DNA from: Mobula hypostoma
Lineage: Eukaryota
Direction of reading: 5' to 3'
Length of the DNA: 64,000 nucleotides
Assembly (NCBI RefSeq): GCF_963921235.1
Contig: NC_086097.1
Span: 28,336,001-28,400,000 of the forward strand
Part shown: positions 25,608-38,664 of the stretch, one piece after another
How positions within the stretch are numbered: the first letter of the stretch is position 1
How the letters are laid out: each line of letters begins with the position of its first letter
Translations under genes and position numbers: made by a program
The notes under the pieces: model-generated
What the model saw: the letters and a program-made list of their open reading frames with translations, nothing else
Told to the model about the DNA's origin: nothing
The model's database searches: none

Positions 25608-27142
25608 AGCCACTTTATTAGGTACACCTGTACACCTGCTTGTTCATGCAAATATTGCAGCAGCCAATCATGTGGTAGCAACTCAATGCATAAAGCGTGC
25701 AGACCTGGTCAAGAGGTTCAGATGCTGTTCGGCCCAAACATCAGAATGGGGAAGAAATGTGATCTAAGCGACTTTGACCATGGAATGATTTGTTGGTGCC
25801 AGAATGGGTGGTTTGGCTAACTCAATAACTGTGGGTCTCCTGGGATTTTCACACACAACAATCTCAAGAGTTTATGGGGGTAGAAAGACATCCAGTGAAT
25901 GGCAGTCCTGTGGGGTGAACATGCCTTGTTAATAAGAGAGGTTAGAGGAGAATGATCAGACTTGTTCAAGTGATAGTAACTCAATATAATGTAAAATAAT
26001 GTAACATAGTATTTTTGATTTCTGGTTGGAGTGAATGCTGTTTTGTGCAATCTTGATCGGGTAGACTAGTGCTGTGGCGAGAGACGAGGCACTGGATTGA
26101 ACTGAACTGAATTGAGCTGAAATTAATATGCCTGGACTCTTTTGATGTCATTGTGATTTGGTGTTTTGTATTCTGTGTTTTATGCTCATTTCTTTGCTGT
26201 ATGTGTGTTGGGTGTTTGATGTTTTTCTTTAAATGGGTATGATGGTTTTCTTTGTTTTGGGGCTGTCTGTGGGAAGACAAATCTCAGGGTTGTATACTAC
26301 CTACATACTTTAATAGTAAGTGTACTTTGAATCCTCCCGGGAGGGGGGAGAAGATGGCGGCGTGACGGTAGTGCACGCGGCCACTTCAGTGATGAATATC
26401 TGTTATCTGTCAAATAGGGGACCGTGCACAATTCTGATTTGATGGAGATAGACGTGAGAGCACGGAGGAACATCTGGAAAATTTCCGAAATGCCCGCTTC
26501 GCTGCCGCTGCTACTGTGTGGTAACTGGAATCTCCGGAGCTGAAGGGCTCGAAATCCTTGGCTTTGTGGCCGGGGAGAGGTCGAAGGCGCTCGGGAGGCT
26601 GTATCGGAGAGGCTGGTCGGAAGCTCAAAGTTTTTCAGATGGACGGACTCAGTGTCGGCTGTGGTCGGCTGCTTCCAAGGCATCGGCAAGTTGACCGTGC
26701 CTGGAGGTTTCTGGCAGGGAGTTTTTCCCTTTTGCCACCTGTTATCGGGTTCTCGGGAGTCGATCGACTCGGGACTTTGAGACTTTTTTTATACTGTGCC
26801 CATGGTCTGTTCTTCATCAAATTATGGTATTGCTTTGCACTGCTGTAACTATATGTTATAATGATGTGGTTCTGTCAGTGTTAGTCTTTGGTCTGTCCTG
26901 TCTTCTGTGATATCACTCCAGAGAAACATTGTATCATTTCTTAATGCATGTATGCATTTCTAAATGACAATAAAAGAGGACTGAGTGTTCTCATAATCTA
27001 AAAATCTTTGAAGACCATCTCTGAATGCACAAAACGTTGAACCTCGAAGCAGACGGGCAGCAGCAGCACAACATCATGAACATACACTCAGTTGCCATAT
27101 TATTAGGTACAGGAGGTACTTCCATAAAATGGTCACTGAGTG
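25608..27142 (+). mobile_element. Decayed Tc1-type element, interrupted by later insertions
   Basis: GCCACTTTATTAGGTACACC left end, MGKKCDLSDFDHGMI transposase N-terminus near 25747, ATAAAATGGTCACTGAGTG right end. Confidence 0.6.
26335..27000 (+). mobile_element. CpG-rich ~670 bp non-coding retroposon, copy 2
   Basis: Highly similar to 15417-16085; flanked by AATC within an ACTTTGAATCTTTGAA tail. Confidence 0.8.
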
Positions 27143-27865
27143 TGTATATATGATAAATTGAGAACAAGTCAGAAGGATCAGTGGGGCAGTTCACCTCTTT
27201 CTCAGTTCAGATGAAGGGTCTTGGACCTGAAATAGTAGTTCTGTTTCTCTTTCCACAGATGCTGCCTGGCCATTGGAGTCTTCCCAGCATTTCCTGTTTT
27301 TATTTCAGGCTTCCAGCATCTGCAGGTTTTTTTGGGGATTTTTTTTTCATCTCCAGAGGGATTTCTTGTGTCAACAGTACATTTCCAAACATTTTCTTTC
27401 CATCCCTATGCCCAGAACCAACCACCTGCATTCAGACTACCCTGTGCTGGGATCTGAGTGGAAACAGAATCAGGAGAAGAGTGGAAAAAATAATTTAGAA
27501 GGCAGAAGTTAAAGATGAAATTGAGTGTGAAGTAAACAAAGGTTCTATGAATGTAAAACTGAAGAGAAAATGAAAAGGGATGGGAATGGAGGAGAATGAG
27601 AGAAGGCAGTGCCAGTGAAATGGTAAATGGTTTGGGTGGAGTGAAAAACTCATCCACAGTAACACTCATAATTTGCTGATAGTGTGAAATGAGCTGGGGT
27701 GGAGAGACAATTCAGCATTGTTTGACCATTCATCCATAAATAAAATTCAGTCACTTGCTAGCACCAATCCTTCCTCAGTGTTGACCAAATGGAACTAAGC
27801 AGTTTGAGAGCTGTGCCTAGCCAAAGTGACAGGTGCTTCATTTAAGCTTCTGGTTTCTTCCAATG

Positions 27866-27875
27866 CTATTTATAG
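27866..27875. promoter_or_regulatory. MEF2 consensus site in unique sequence
   Basis: CTATTTATAG matches CTA(A/T)4TAG; E-box CAGGTG about 30 bp upstream. Confidence 0.25.
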
Positions 27876-28980
27876 CAAACTCAGAGCCTGCTTTGCAGTG
27901 ATGGTTTGGTTTTAGAACGCAGTACAGCAACAAAACAGGGCCTTTGGCCCACTGTGCCTGTGCTGACCATAGTACCTATTTAAACTGGACATTTGCTTGC
28001 ACATGATCCATATCTCTCAGTTCCCCACCTGTTTGTGCCTAAATGCCTTTTAAATATTCTTACCTCTCTGTGTAAGAAACTTTTGCCTCACAAATCTCCT
28101 TTAAGCTTTCCTTAACCTCTGCCCTCTGATACTTGACATTTCTACCTTGGGAAACTGTCTCTGATTAGCTGCAATATCTACCTCTCAAAGTCCAACCCTA
28201 TGTCCCTGTCATGAGAGGTGAAAACAGATAAGACTGGCCCTCAGAGCTCTGGTGAAGCTGTATAGACCAACCCCCTGTACAGTGGATACCATGGATTACA
28301 GAAACATTGATGAACTCCAACCACACCATCGAATTCATGAGGAATTTGGAGATGGGAGGTCCTTGATGGCCTATGTTCCACTGGGAGTTAAGGGCCCAAG
28401 GAGAATCTGCACTATCTATGTTCCCATTGCTTTATAAACTTCTATCAAGTATCCCTTCTGCAACTCTGACATTCCAGAGAAAACAACCCAAGTTTGTCCA
28501 CCCTCTCCTCGAAGCTAATACTCACTCATCAGGCAACATCCTGGTGAACCTCTTCCAATCTCTCCAAAGCCTCCCACATCCTTTCAGTAACCCACACAAA
28601 ATGCTGGAGGAACTCAGTGCCCTTATGGGATATTATACTGCAGTTGTACAAGATGTTGGTGAGGCTACTTTTCAGAACCGGAATCAGGTTTAATATCACT
28701 GGCATGTGTTGTAAAATTCTTTAAGATAGCGGCAGCAGTACAATGCAATACTCTCCCTCCACGTCGAAAAAAACAAAGGAGCTGATCATGGATCACAGGA
28801 GGAAAGGAGACACGCTAGTCCCTACTAACATCAATGGGATTGTAGTTGAGGGGAAGAGTAGTTTCAAGTTCCTCAGTATACGTCTACATCTGCGCCAAGT
28901 GAATCGAGCTCCTAAGGGACCGTGTTACGGAACTGGAGCTGCAGCTCGATGACCTTCGTCTGGTCAGGGAGAGTGAGGAG

Positions 28981-29724
28981 TTGATAGAGAGGAGTTACAG
29001 GCAGGTGGTCACACCGGGGCCATGGGACGCAGACAAGTGGGTCACGGTTAGGAGGGGGAAGGGGAAGAGTCAGGTAATAGAGGGTACCCCGGTGGCTGTG
29101 CCCCTTAACAATAGGTACTCCTGTTTGAGTACTGTTGGGGGGGACAGCTTACCCGGGGGAAGCGACAGTGGCCGTGCCTCCGGCCCTGTAGCTCAGAAGG
29201 GTAGGGAAAGGAAGAGGAGGGCAGTTGTGATAGGGGACTCGATAGTAAGGGGGTCAGATAGGCGATTCTGTGGACGCAGTCCAGAGACCCGGATGGTAGT
29301 TTGCCTCCCTGGTGCCAGGGTCCGGGATATTTCTGATCGTGTTCAAGATATCCTGAAGTGGGAGGGTGAGGAGCCAGAGGTCGTGGTACATATAGGTACC
29401 AATGACATAGGTAGGAAAAGGGAAGAGGTCCTGAAAGAATATAGGGAGCTAGGAAGGGAGTTGAGAAAAAGGACTGCAAAGGTAGTAATCTCGGGATTAC
29501 TGCCTGTGCCACGCGACAGTGAGAGTAGGAATGCGATGAGGTGGAGGATAAATGCGTGGCTGAGGGATTGGAGCAGGAGGCAGGGATTCAAGTTTTTGGA
29601 TCATTGGGACCTCTTTTGGCGCAGGCGTGACCTGTACAAAAAGGACGGGTTACACTTGAATCCTAGGGGGACCAATATCCTGGCAGGGAGATCAGTGAGG
29701 GCTACTGAGGTGACTTTAAACTAG
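28981..29724 (+). pseudogene. CR1 ORF1 SGNH esterase domain (5'-truncated)
   Basis: VVIGDSIVRG, HIGTNDIG, DGLHLN; ends TLN*. Confidence 0.9.
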
Positions 29725-32700
29725 AATGGTTGGGGGGTGGGAATCAAATTAAAGAGGCTAGGCGAGAGGAGGTTAGTTCACAACAGGGGGATGGGAACCA
29801 GTGCAGAGAGACAGAGGGGTGTAAAATGAGGGTAGAAGCAGAAAGTAGTAAGGAGAAAAGTAAAAGTGGCAGGCTGACAAATCCAGGGCAAGCATCAAAA
29901 AGGGCCACTTTTCAACATAATTGTATAAGGGCTAAGAGAGTTGTAAAAGAGCACCTGAAGGCTTTGTGTGTCAATGCAAGGAGCATTCGTAACACGGTGG
30001 ATGAATTGAAAGTGCAGATTGTTATTAATGATTATGATATAGTTGGGATCACAGAGACATGGCTCCAGGGTGACCAAGGATGGGAGCTCAACGTTCAGGG
30101 ATATTCAATATTCAGGAGGGATAGACATGAAAGAAAAGGAGGTGGGGTGGCGTTGCTGGTTAAAGATGAGATTAACGCAATAGAAAGGAAGGACATAAAC
30201 CGGGAAGATGTGGAATCGATATGGGTAGAGCTGCGTAACACTAAGGGGCAGAAGACGCTGGTGGGAGTTGTGTACAGGCCACCTAACAGTAGTAGTGAGG
30301 TCGGAGATGGTATTAAACAGGAAATTAGAAATGTGTGCAATAAAGGAACAGCAGTTATAATGGGTGATTTCAATCTACATGTAGATTGGGTGAACCAAAT
30401 TGGTAAAGCTGCTGAGGAAGAGGGTTTCTTGGAATGTATGCGGGATGGTTTTTTGAACCAATATGTCGAGGAACCAACTAGAGAGCAGTCTATTCTAGAC
30501 TGGGTTTTGAGCAATGAGGAAGGGTTAATTAGCAATCTTGTCGTCAGAGGCCCCTTGGGTAAGAGTGACCATAATATGGTGGAATTCTTCATTAAGATGG
30601 AGAGTGACATAGTTAATTCAGAAACAAAGGTTCTGAACTTAAAGAGGGGTAACTTTGAAGGTATGAGTCGTGAATTAGCTAAGATAGACTGGCAAATGAC
30701 ACTTAAAGGATTGACGGTGGATATGCAATGGCAAGCATTTAAAGATTGCATGGATGAACTACAACAATTGTTCATCCCAGTTTGGCAAAAGAATAAATCA
30801 AGAAAGGTAGTGCACCCGTGGCTGACAAGAGAAATTAGGGATAGTATCAATTCCAAAGAAGAAGCATACAAATTAGCCAGAAAAAGTGCCTCACCTGAGG
30901 ACTGGGAGAAATTCAGAGTTCAGTAGAGGAGGACAAAGGGCTTAATTAGGAAGGGGAAAAAAGATTATGAGAGAAAACTGGCAGGGAACATAAAAATGGA
31001 CTGTAAAAGCTTTTATAGATATGTAAAAAGGAAAAGACTGGTAAAGACAAATGTAGGTCCCCTACAGACAGAAACAGGTGAATTGATTATGGGGAGCAAG
31101 GACATGGCAGACCAATTGAATAATTACTTTGCTTCTGTCTTCACTAAGGAGGACATAAATAATCTTCCAGAAATAGTAGGGGACAGAGGGTCCAGTGAGA
31201 TGGAGGAACTGAGGGAAATACATGTTAGTAGGAAAGTGGTGTTAGGTAAATTGAAGGGATTAAAGGCAGATAAATCCCCAGGGCCAGATGGTCTGCATCT
31301 CAGAGTGCTTAAGGGAGTAGCCCAAGAAATAGTGGATGCATTAGTGATAATTTTTCAAAACTCTTTAGATTCTGGACTAGTTCCTGAGGATTGGAGGGTG
31401 GCTAATGTAACCCCACTTTTTAAAAAAGGAGGGAGAGAGAAACTGGGGAATTATAGACCGGTTAGCCTAACGTCGGTGGTGGGGAAACTGCTGGAGTCAG
31501 TTATCAAAGATGTGATAACAGCACATTTGGAAAGCGGTGAAATCATCGGACAAAGTCAGCATGGATTTGTGAAAGGAAAATCATGTCTGACGAATCTTAT
31601 AGAATTTTTTGAGGATGTAACTAGTAGAGTGGATAGGGGAGAACCAGTGGATGTGGTATATTTGGATTTTCAAAAGGCTTTTGACAAGGTCCCACACAGG
31701 AGATTAGTGTGTAAACTTAAAGCACACGGTATTGGGGGTAAGGTATTGATGTGGATAGAGAATTGGTTAGCAGACAGGAAGCAAAGAGTGGGAATAAACG
31801 GGACCTTTTCATCATGGCAGGCAGTGACTAGTGGGGTACCGCAAGGCTCAGTGCTGGGACCCCAGTTGTTTACAATATATATTAATGACTTGGATGAGGG
31901 AATTAAATGCAGCATCTCCAAGTTTGCAGATGACACGAAGCTGGGCGGCAGTGTTAGCTGTGAGGAGGATGCTAAGAGGATGCAGGGTGACTTGGATAGG
32001 TTGGGTGAGTGGGCAAATTCATGGCAGATGCAATTTAATGTGGATAAATGTGAAGTTATCCACTTTGGTGGCAAAAATAGGAAAACAGATTATTATCTGA
32101 ATAGTGGCCGATTAGGAAACGGGGAGGTGCAAAGAGACCTGGGTGTCATTATACACCAGTCATTGAAAGTGGGCATGCAGGTACAGCAGGCGGTGAAAAA
32201 GGCAAATGGTATGCTGGCATTTATAGCGAGAGGATTCGAGTACAGGAGCAGGGAGGTACTACTGCAGTTGTACAAGGCCTTGGTGAGACCACACCTGGAG
32301 TATTGTGTGCAGTTTTGGTCCCCTAATCTGAGGAAAGACATCCTTGCCATAGAGGGAGTACAAAGAAAGTTCACCAGATTGATTCCTGGGATGGCAGGAC
32401 TTTCATATGAAGAAAGACTGGATGAACTAGGCTTGTACTCGTTGGAATTTAGAAGATTGAGGGGGGATCTGATTGAAATGTATAAAATCCTATAGGGATT
32501 GGACAGGCTAGATGCAGGAAGATTGTTCCCGATGTTGGGGAAGTCCAGAACGAGGGGTCACAGTTTGAGGATAAAGGGGAAGCCTTTTAGGACTGAGATT
32601 AGGAAAAACTTCTTCACACAGAGAGTGGTGAATCTGTGGAATTCTCTGCCACAGGAAACAGTTGAGGCCGGTTCATTGGCTATATTTAAGAGGGAGTTAG

Positions 32701-32762
32701 ATATGGCCCTTGTGGCTACGGGGATCAGGGGGTATGGAGGGAAGGCTGGTGCAGGGTTCTGA
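29715..32762 (+). pseudogene. CR1 ORF2 APE + RT, single frame with two nonsense codons
   Basis: ORFs starting 29730, 30996 and 32499 share one frame; stops only at 30924 and 32493; VNARS, GITETWL, SDH, YLDFQKAFD, GVPQGS, FADD. Confidence 0.95.
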
Positions 32763-34454
32763 GTTGGATGATCAGCCATGATCATAATAAATGGCGGTGC
32801 AGGCTCGAAGGGCCGAATGGCCTACTCCTGTACCTATTTTCTATGTTTCTATGTATACACATTACCGAGAATCTCAGCTGGTCTGTACATACCAGCTGTG
32901 TGGTGAAAAAAGCACAACAGTGTCTCTTTCACCTCAGATGGCTGAAGAAGTTTGGCGTGAGTCCCAAATCCTCAGGACTTTCTACAGGGATACCATCGGG
33001 AGCATCCTGACTGGCCGTGTCACCGCCTGGTATGGGAACTGTACTACCCTCAGTCGCAGGGCACTGCAGAGAGTGGTGTGGGCAGCCCAGCTCATCTGTG
33101 GATGTGAACTTCCCTCTATTCAGGACATTTACAGCTGCAGGTGTGTAAAAAGGGCCCAGGGGATCATTAGGGACTCCAGCCACCCCAACCACAAATTGTT
33201 CAGCTGCTTCCACCTGGCAAATGTTAACGCAGCATGAAGGCCAAGACCAACAGGCTATGGGACAGCTTCTTTCACCGGGCCATCAGATTGATTAATACAT
33301 ATTGATCTGATTCCATATCTGACTGTACAAACATGTATACAAAACAATTATGTACACAATCTTAGTGTCTGGGCAACATCCTCCCAAATTTCCCTTCCTT
33401 ATTGCTGGTACATTACCATGGAGACACAACATAAAGATTTTTACTCCCTCATGTTGTGAGACGGATGTAAGAAATAAAATTCAAAGCTAGTGATAATGTA
33501 GAAAAAACATAAATAAATTATCGCAAGTATAAATTAAACTAAAAATAATGCAAAAGCAGAAATGATATAAGAAAAAGTGAGGTAGTGTTCATGGGCTCAA
33601 TGTCCATTTAGGAATCAGATGGCAGAGGGGAAGAAACTACATTTGGAATGTAATGCTCGGTTTTGGTCACTTTTTTATGCGAAAGATGACATTAAGAGTG
33701 CAGAGGAGATTTACAAAGTTGTTGCTGGGGCTCAATTATGGAGAGAGGTTGAACACATTGGGATATTATTCTTTGTAGTGTAGGAGACAGAGGGATAGTC
33801 CTATACAGCTGTATAAAACCATGAGGATAAATACGCACACTGCCTTCTCCCCTGGGTTTGGGAGTCAGGAACAAGATGGGACAGGTTTAAGTTAGGAGGG
33901 GAGATTTAAGCAAAATCTGATAGGCAACTTGTTCACCTAGAGTGGGCAGTCTATGGAATGAGCTGCCAGAGAAAGTGGCTCAGGCAGGAACATTAACAAA
34001 ATTTAAGACACTTTGACAGATTATGGATAGGAAAGGTTCAGAGGATTATGAACTAAATGCAGGCAAATGGGACTAGCTACGACCTGAATCTTAGCCGGCA
34101 TGGACCAGATGGGCAGAAAAGCCTACTTCCATTCTGTGTGACTCTTTCTCAAAGCCACATTCAGGAAGGTAGTGTGATTGGGGTTAACTGGACTCAGTAT
34201 AAATCTGAGTGTTATCTTACGAGCCAGACGTTAGTATGGAATTCAGGTAAGCAGGCGAGGAAGGAAGGTCTGCTGATGGGAGGAGAGCAGAGTGGAGTAG
34301 AAAAAAAGAGAACAGACCGGTTGAGCTGAACAGCCTCTGGGGAAACGTGATCAGACTGGTTAAAGCAGGAGTAGCACACAGAGTCCTGGACAATTGGTCC
34401 AAAGGTATGAGATCAGGTTTCACTGGGGATTTTAAAGTTAACTGATTAACTTTA

Positions 34455-34750
34455 AGGGGGCGGCAGAGCAGCATAGTGGTTATGGGACTGCTTTACAGCA
34501 AAAGTGATTGGAAAATTGGGGTTCAATTCCCCCGTCTGCCTGTAAAGAGTTTGTACATTCTCCCCATGTTGTGTGGGTTTCCTCTGAGTACTCTGGTGTC
34601 CTCCAACATATGGGTTAGGATAAGTTGCGGAAACAATGTTGGCACTGGAAGCACAGTGATACTTCCCAGCATTGCGCTGGTCATTGGTACAGATGATGCA
34701 TTTCACTGTTTCGATGTACATATAACAAATAAAGCTCATCTTTCTTCTTT
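34455..34750 (+). mobile_element. tRNA-headed SINE
   Basis: GGGGCGGC start, A-box TAGTGGTTA, B-box GGTTCAATTCC, tail ACAAATAAAGCT. Confidence 0.7.
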
Positions 34751-35749
34751 AAATAGAATCTGGAATTGAAATGGTGAGAAATGCAATAACAGGAACCAGT
34801 ATTGTGAAAAGAAACCCATTTGGACACTAACGCCCTTTAGAGGATGGAATCTGCTTGTTGTCACCCAGTCCCTTCCATATGTCACTCCAAGTTAAAGTGA
34901 GCTGCCACAGAATCATGCAACACGGAAAAAAGCCCTTCGGCCCAAACGCTTGTGCTAACTATGCTGCCCAGTGAGCTGGTCCCATCTGCCCGTATTTGGC
35001 CCATGGTCCTCTGAACCTCTCCTATGTACTTAATCTAAATGGCTTTTAAATGTTGTTAATGAGTCCACCTCAACCACGATTCCTGGTAGCCCGTTCCAGA
35101 TACACGCCACCCTTTGTGTGAAGAAGCTGCCCCGATGTCACTTTTAAGTCCCTGACTACTGATCCCTCTTGTCCTGAGCATCCCTCCTCTGGGGAAAGAC
35201 TATGTGCTTTCACTATACCCTCTCTATGCCCCTCATGATTTTATATATCGTCCCTTTTCTTTTAAACCCCCCCACCCCCACCCAGTTAGGAACAATAAGT
35301 GCTACAAAAGGGTTTTTGGGACTACAATCATTTGACATCTTCCGGGTAGCAGCTTAAAAATTCTAAAGCCTCAAAGTGTAGGTTAAGAAGTAGAGTCCTG
35401 GTCTGGATTATCTTGTATTGCTGGTCATTAGTGACTCACACGAAGCAGCAAAGACAGATGTGAAACTTTTGTTCAAAAATAGCAAAGTGTCCTGTTCCAA
35501 CAACTCCCTCATATCTCTGTGATCTCCTTGTTCTGGACTCTGTGGTGTCTACATCGATATGCCGTGTTGCCGTGCCTCCTGTTCTGATAGTAAAAAAACC
35601 ATGTTCCCATGCTGTTTGTTAACCTTCAGTTAGATTGGACTTCTAGTCATCGATCTGAGGTGTGACCGTAGGAATCAGGGTCTGGAGGTCATTGTGCCCG
35701 GTTGGTCACTTAGTAAGATCGTCCACTCTCCTAATGTCTCGTTATAGCA

Positions 35750-35925
35750 GCACGATAGTGTAGCAGTTGGTGTGACGCCATTGACCTGGGTTCAATTCCA
35801 GCTGGTGTCTGTAAAGACTTTGTACACTCTTCCCGTGACCACACGGGTTTTCTATGGGCACTCCGCTTTCCTCCCACCTTCCAAAAACACATGGGTTAGT
35901 AGGTTAATTGGTAACATGGGTGGAC
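35750..35925 (+). mobile_element. tRNA-headed SINE 5' part
   Basis: B-box GGGTTCAATTCC and body matching 57720-57960. Confidence 0.55.
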
Positions 35926-38369
35926 ACCCCTTTTAGAACAGAGGTGAGGAGGGATTGCTTTAGCCAGAGAGTGGCGAATCTGTCAAATTCATTGCCACAG
36001 AAGGCTATAGAGCCCATTGGGTATATTTAAAGTAGAGGTTGATAGGTTCTGGTTACTAAGGGTGTCAAAGGTTACAGGGAGAAACAGGTGGATGGGGTTG
36101 AGAGGGAAAATAAATCAGCCACGATTGAATGGTGGAGCAGGTTTGAAGGACCGAATGGATTATGGTCCATCAAAATTACAGTTGACAAAGAACGTGGACT
36201 GAGTGGAGCTCCCCCGACCCCCCGACCCCCTGAGGGGGTGCTGTCTAGAGATTCTCTGGGGAATTGGGTAAATATCCGAGGGCTTGTGATGTCGATCACT
36301 TCAGCCTTCCTACTCCTGGAGCTGTCAGGTACACAGCTCAGTGCAGATATGGAGGTGGAGACATGAGACAGCATCAAACAGAACTCTCTCTGTGCACACC
36401 ACACCAAAGGCAGCAGAGCAAGAGGGTCATGGGGTCATGCAGCAGGATTCAGGCCCTTCAGCCCGTCCAGTGCCTGGCCTCCACCAAGGTTGCATTACGT
36501 TCACCACATTCCCACTAGCTCCGCAATAACGGCTGGCGTTAACTGGAGCAGAATCGAACCGTCATTAGGAGAAGTAGACACTTCCTCATTTCCTTGGACC
36601 CGTGGAGGCTGTGTTCTGATATTCGTCACAGTCTAGCAATAACTTCAACTCTGAACGTGGATCACACTAACCTCTCACCTATGTGTTTGTTGTGCTTCTC
36701 AGATAAAGCTGCTTCATGGTTTCCTATGTCATCTTGCGTGATTGGTGTAAGTGCGAATGTTTATCTCACACAGATATCTGCACATCTAAAAGCAATACAT
36801 CATTACCACTATCTTAACACCTTGAGTCATTGACGCAGGCTTATTCTCTCTCCCCACTCTCACACTCATTTCTCACCACACCTCTCCTTCCACCCTCTTT
36901 TCGCTCTTTTATCCCTCTGCTCTATTGAAAGGCCCAGATAGAGTGGATGTGCAGAGGGTGTTTCCAATAGTGAGGCAGTCTAGGACCAGGGGCACGGTCT
37001 CATTGAGGCGTCAAAAGTTACGGGAAGAAAACAGGAGAGTGGGTGAGCAATAATAATAGAATGCAGAGCAGATTGAATGGGCCAAATTCTGCTCCTTTGT
37101 ATTATGGCCTCTGTCCCTTTTCTCCTCTACCTTCATTCCCCCTTCGGCCTTGTGGCTTCTGTCCCTATTCTCCTGTACATTCATTCCTCCTATCTGCTAC
37201 TGAAATACTTTATCACTGTCAAGTGCACTAAGGTACAGTGAAATACAACCAGGCTGGGCTGCATCTATGGGGCTGAATAAACAGTCAATGTTTTGGGCTG
37301 AGACCCTTCATCAGGACTGGAAAGGAAGGGGAACAGTGAAACCCTTTGGCTTCATACAGTTCACTCCATTCATCAGTGCTACATCACCCCTACTCCTCTC
37401 TTTGATACCATCTTGCTCATTCATGCCCTCCTCTTCCCTTCTCCCACTCCACACCTCCATTTGCACATTCTTTCTCTCCTCGTCTGCCCTCCTTCACCTC
37501 TCACTTCTTTCATCTCGTGGCACACCCCCCCCCACCTCCCATCCTATCAACCTTTCTCTATTTTCGTTCTCCTCCTCCTCGAGCATATTTAATTAATTTT
37601 TCCTGCGTTCCCCTGAGTTGTAACCCTGGGAGATGGTTCTCTGAGGCTTCCCACCCTCAACTCAGCTCATGTTGTGCCTTCATAAAATAAGGGCAGTAGG
37701 GACAGCCTGATGAGCCTTACATCAGTGGTGGAAACATTAGTCATAGCTGTCATAGAACTCTACAGCACAGAAACAGGCCCTTCAGCCCATCTAGTCCATT
37801 CTGACCTGTTATTCCAACACATCTGTGGAACATATCCTTCCATACCCTCCCATCTATGTACTTATCCTAACTTCTCTTAAATGTTGCAATTGAAGCCAAA
37901 TCAATTGCTTCCTCTGGCAGCTCGTTCCACACTCCCACCATCCCCAGTGAAGCTCCCACTCTGATTCTCCTGAAATATTTTACCTTTCACCTTTAACCCA
38001 TGACCACTAGTTCTAGTGTCACCAATCTCAGTGGAAAATGCCTGCTTGCATTTACCCCATCTATACCCCTCATAATGTTGTATGACCTTACCAAATCTCT
38101 ACCATTCTCCTACACTCCAGGAAGTAAAGTCCTAGCCTATTCAATCTTCTCCTGTAACACAGGTCCTCTACAAGCCCCAGTAACACCTTTGTAAATTTCC
38201 TCTGACTCTTTCAATCTTATTCCCGGAAGGGATTTTGAGAGACAGGACTTAATTGGATTAGGAAAGGCAAGGACTGATGAGGGATTGTCAGGAGACATAA
38301 GATACTGCAGACATTGGAATCTGGAGCAAAAAAAAACAGACTGCTGGAGGAACTCTGTGGCTCCAGCAG

Positions 38370-38611
38370 CATCAGGAGTGATACCATATTTCATCAGGAG
38401 TGATACCGTTTCATCAGGAGTGATACAGTATTTCATCAGGAGTGATACCGTATTTCATCAGGAGTGATACAGTACAGTATTTCATCAGGAGTGATACTGT
38501 ATTTCATCAGGAGTGATACAGTACAGTATTTCATCAGGAGTGATACCATATTTCATCAGGAGTGATACAGTATTTCATCAGGAGTGATACCGTATTTCAT
38601 CAGGAGTGATA
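38370..38611. repeat. Minisatellite, about 11 copies of a ~22-bp unit CATCAGGAGTGATAC(C/A)GTATTT
   Basis: Direct tandem units of 20-27 bp with no spacers. Confidence 0.95.
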
Positions 38612-38664
38612 TATCGCTTCCCCCACAGCTGCTGCTTGATCCTGCTTCCTCGAGCACCTTTACT

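Larger units (their letters stand above)
28882..32852 (+). mobile_element. Young CR1 LINE, copy B (5'-truncated in ORF1 zinc finger)
   Basis: TSD GTATAC at 28876-28881 and 32853-32858; (CTATGTTT)n tail; ORF1 and ORF2 nearly intact. Confidence 0.95.
28750..33480 (+). mobile_element. Rex/Babar-type fragment split by CR1 copy B (host parts 28750-28881 and 32853-33480)
   Basis: KTKELIMD..SSFKFLSI|HITENLSWSVHT..VKKAQQCLFHLR reads continuously once the insert is removed. Confidence 0.8.

Noticed and set aside
30095..30871. 258-aa antisense ORF and similar antisense ORFs
   Set aside because: Shadow frames of CR1 ORF2 with no independent motifs
34455..34535. tRNA genes at A/B-box sites
   Set aside because: No cloverleaf; they continue into SINE bodies
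38370..38611. CRISPR-like array
   Set aside because: Units are contiguous with no unique spacers, no cas genes, eukaryotic context
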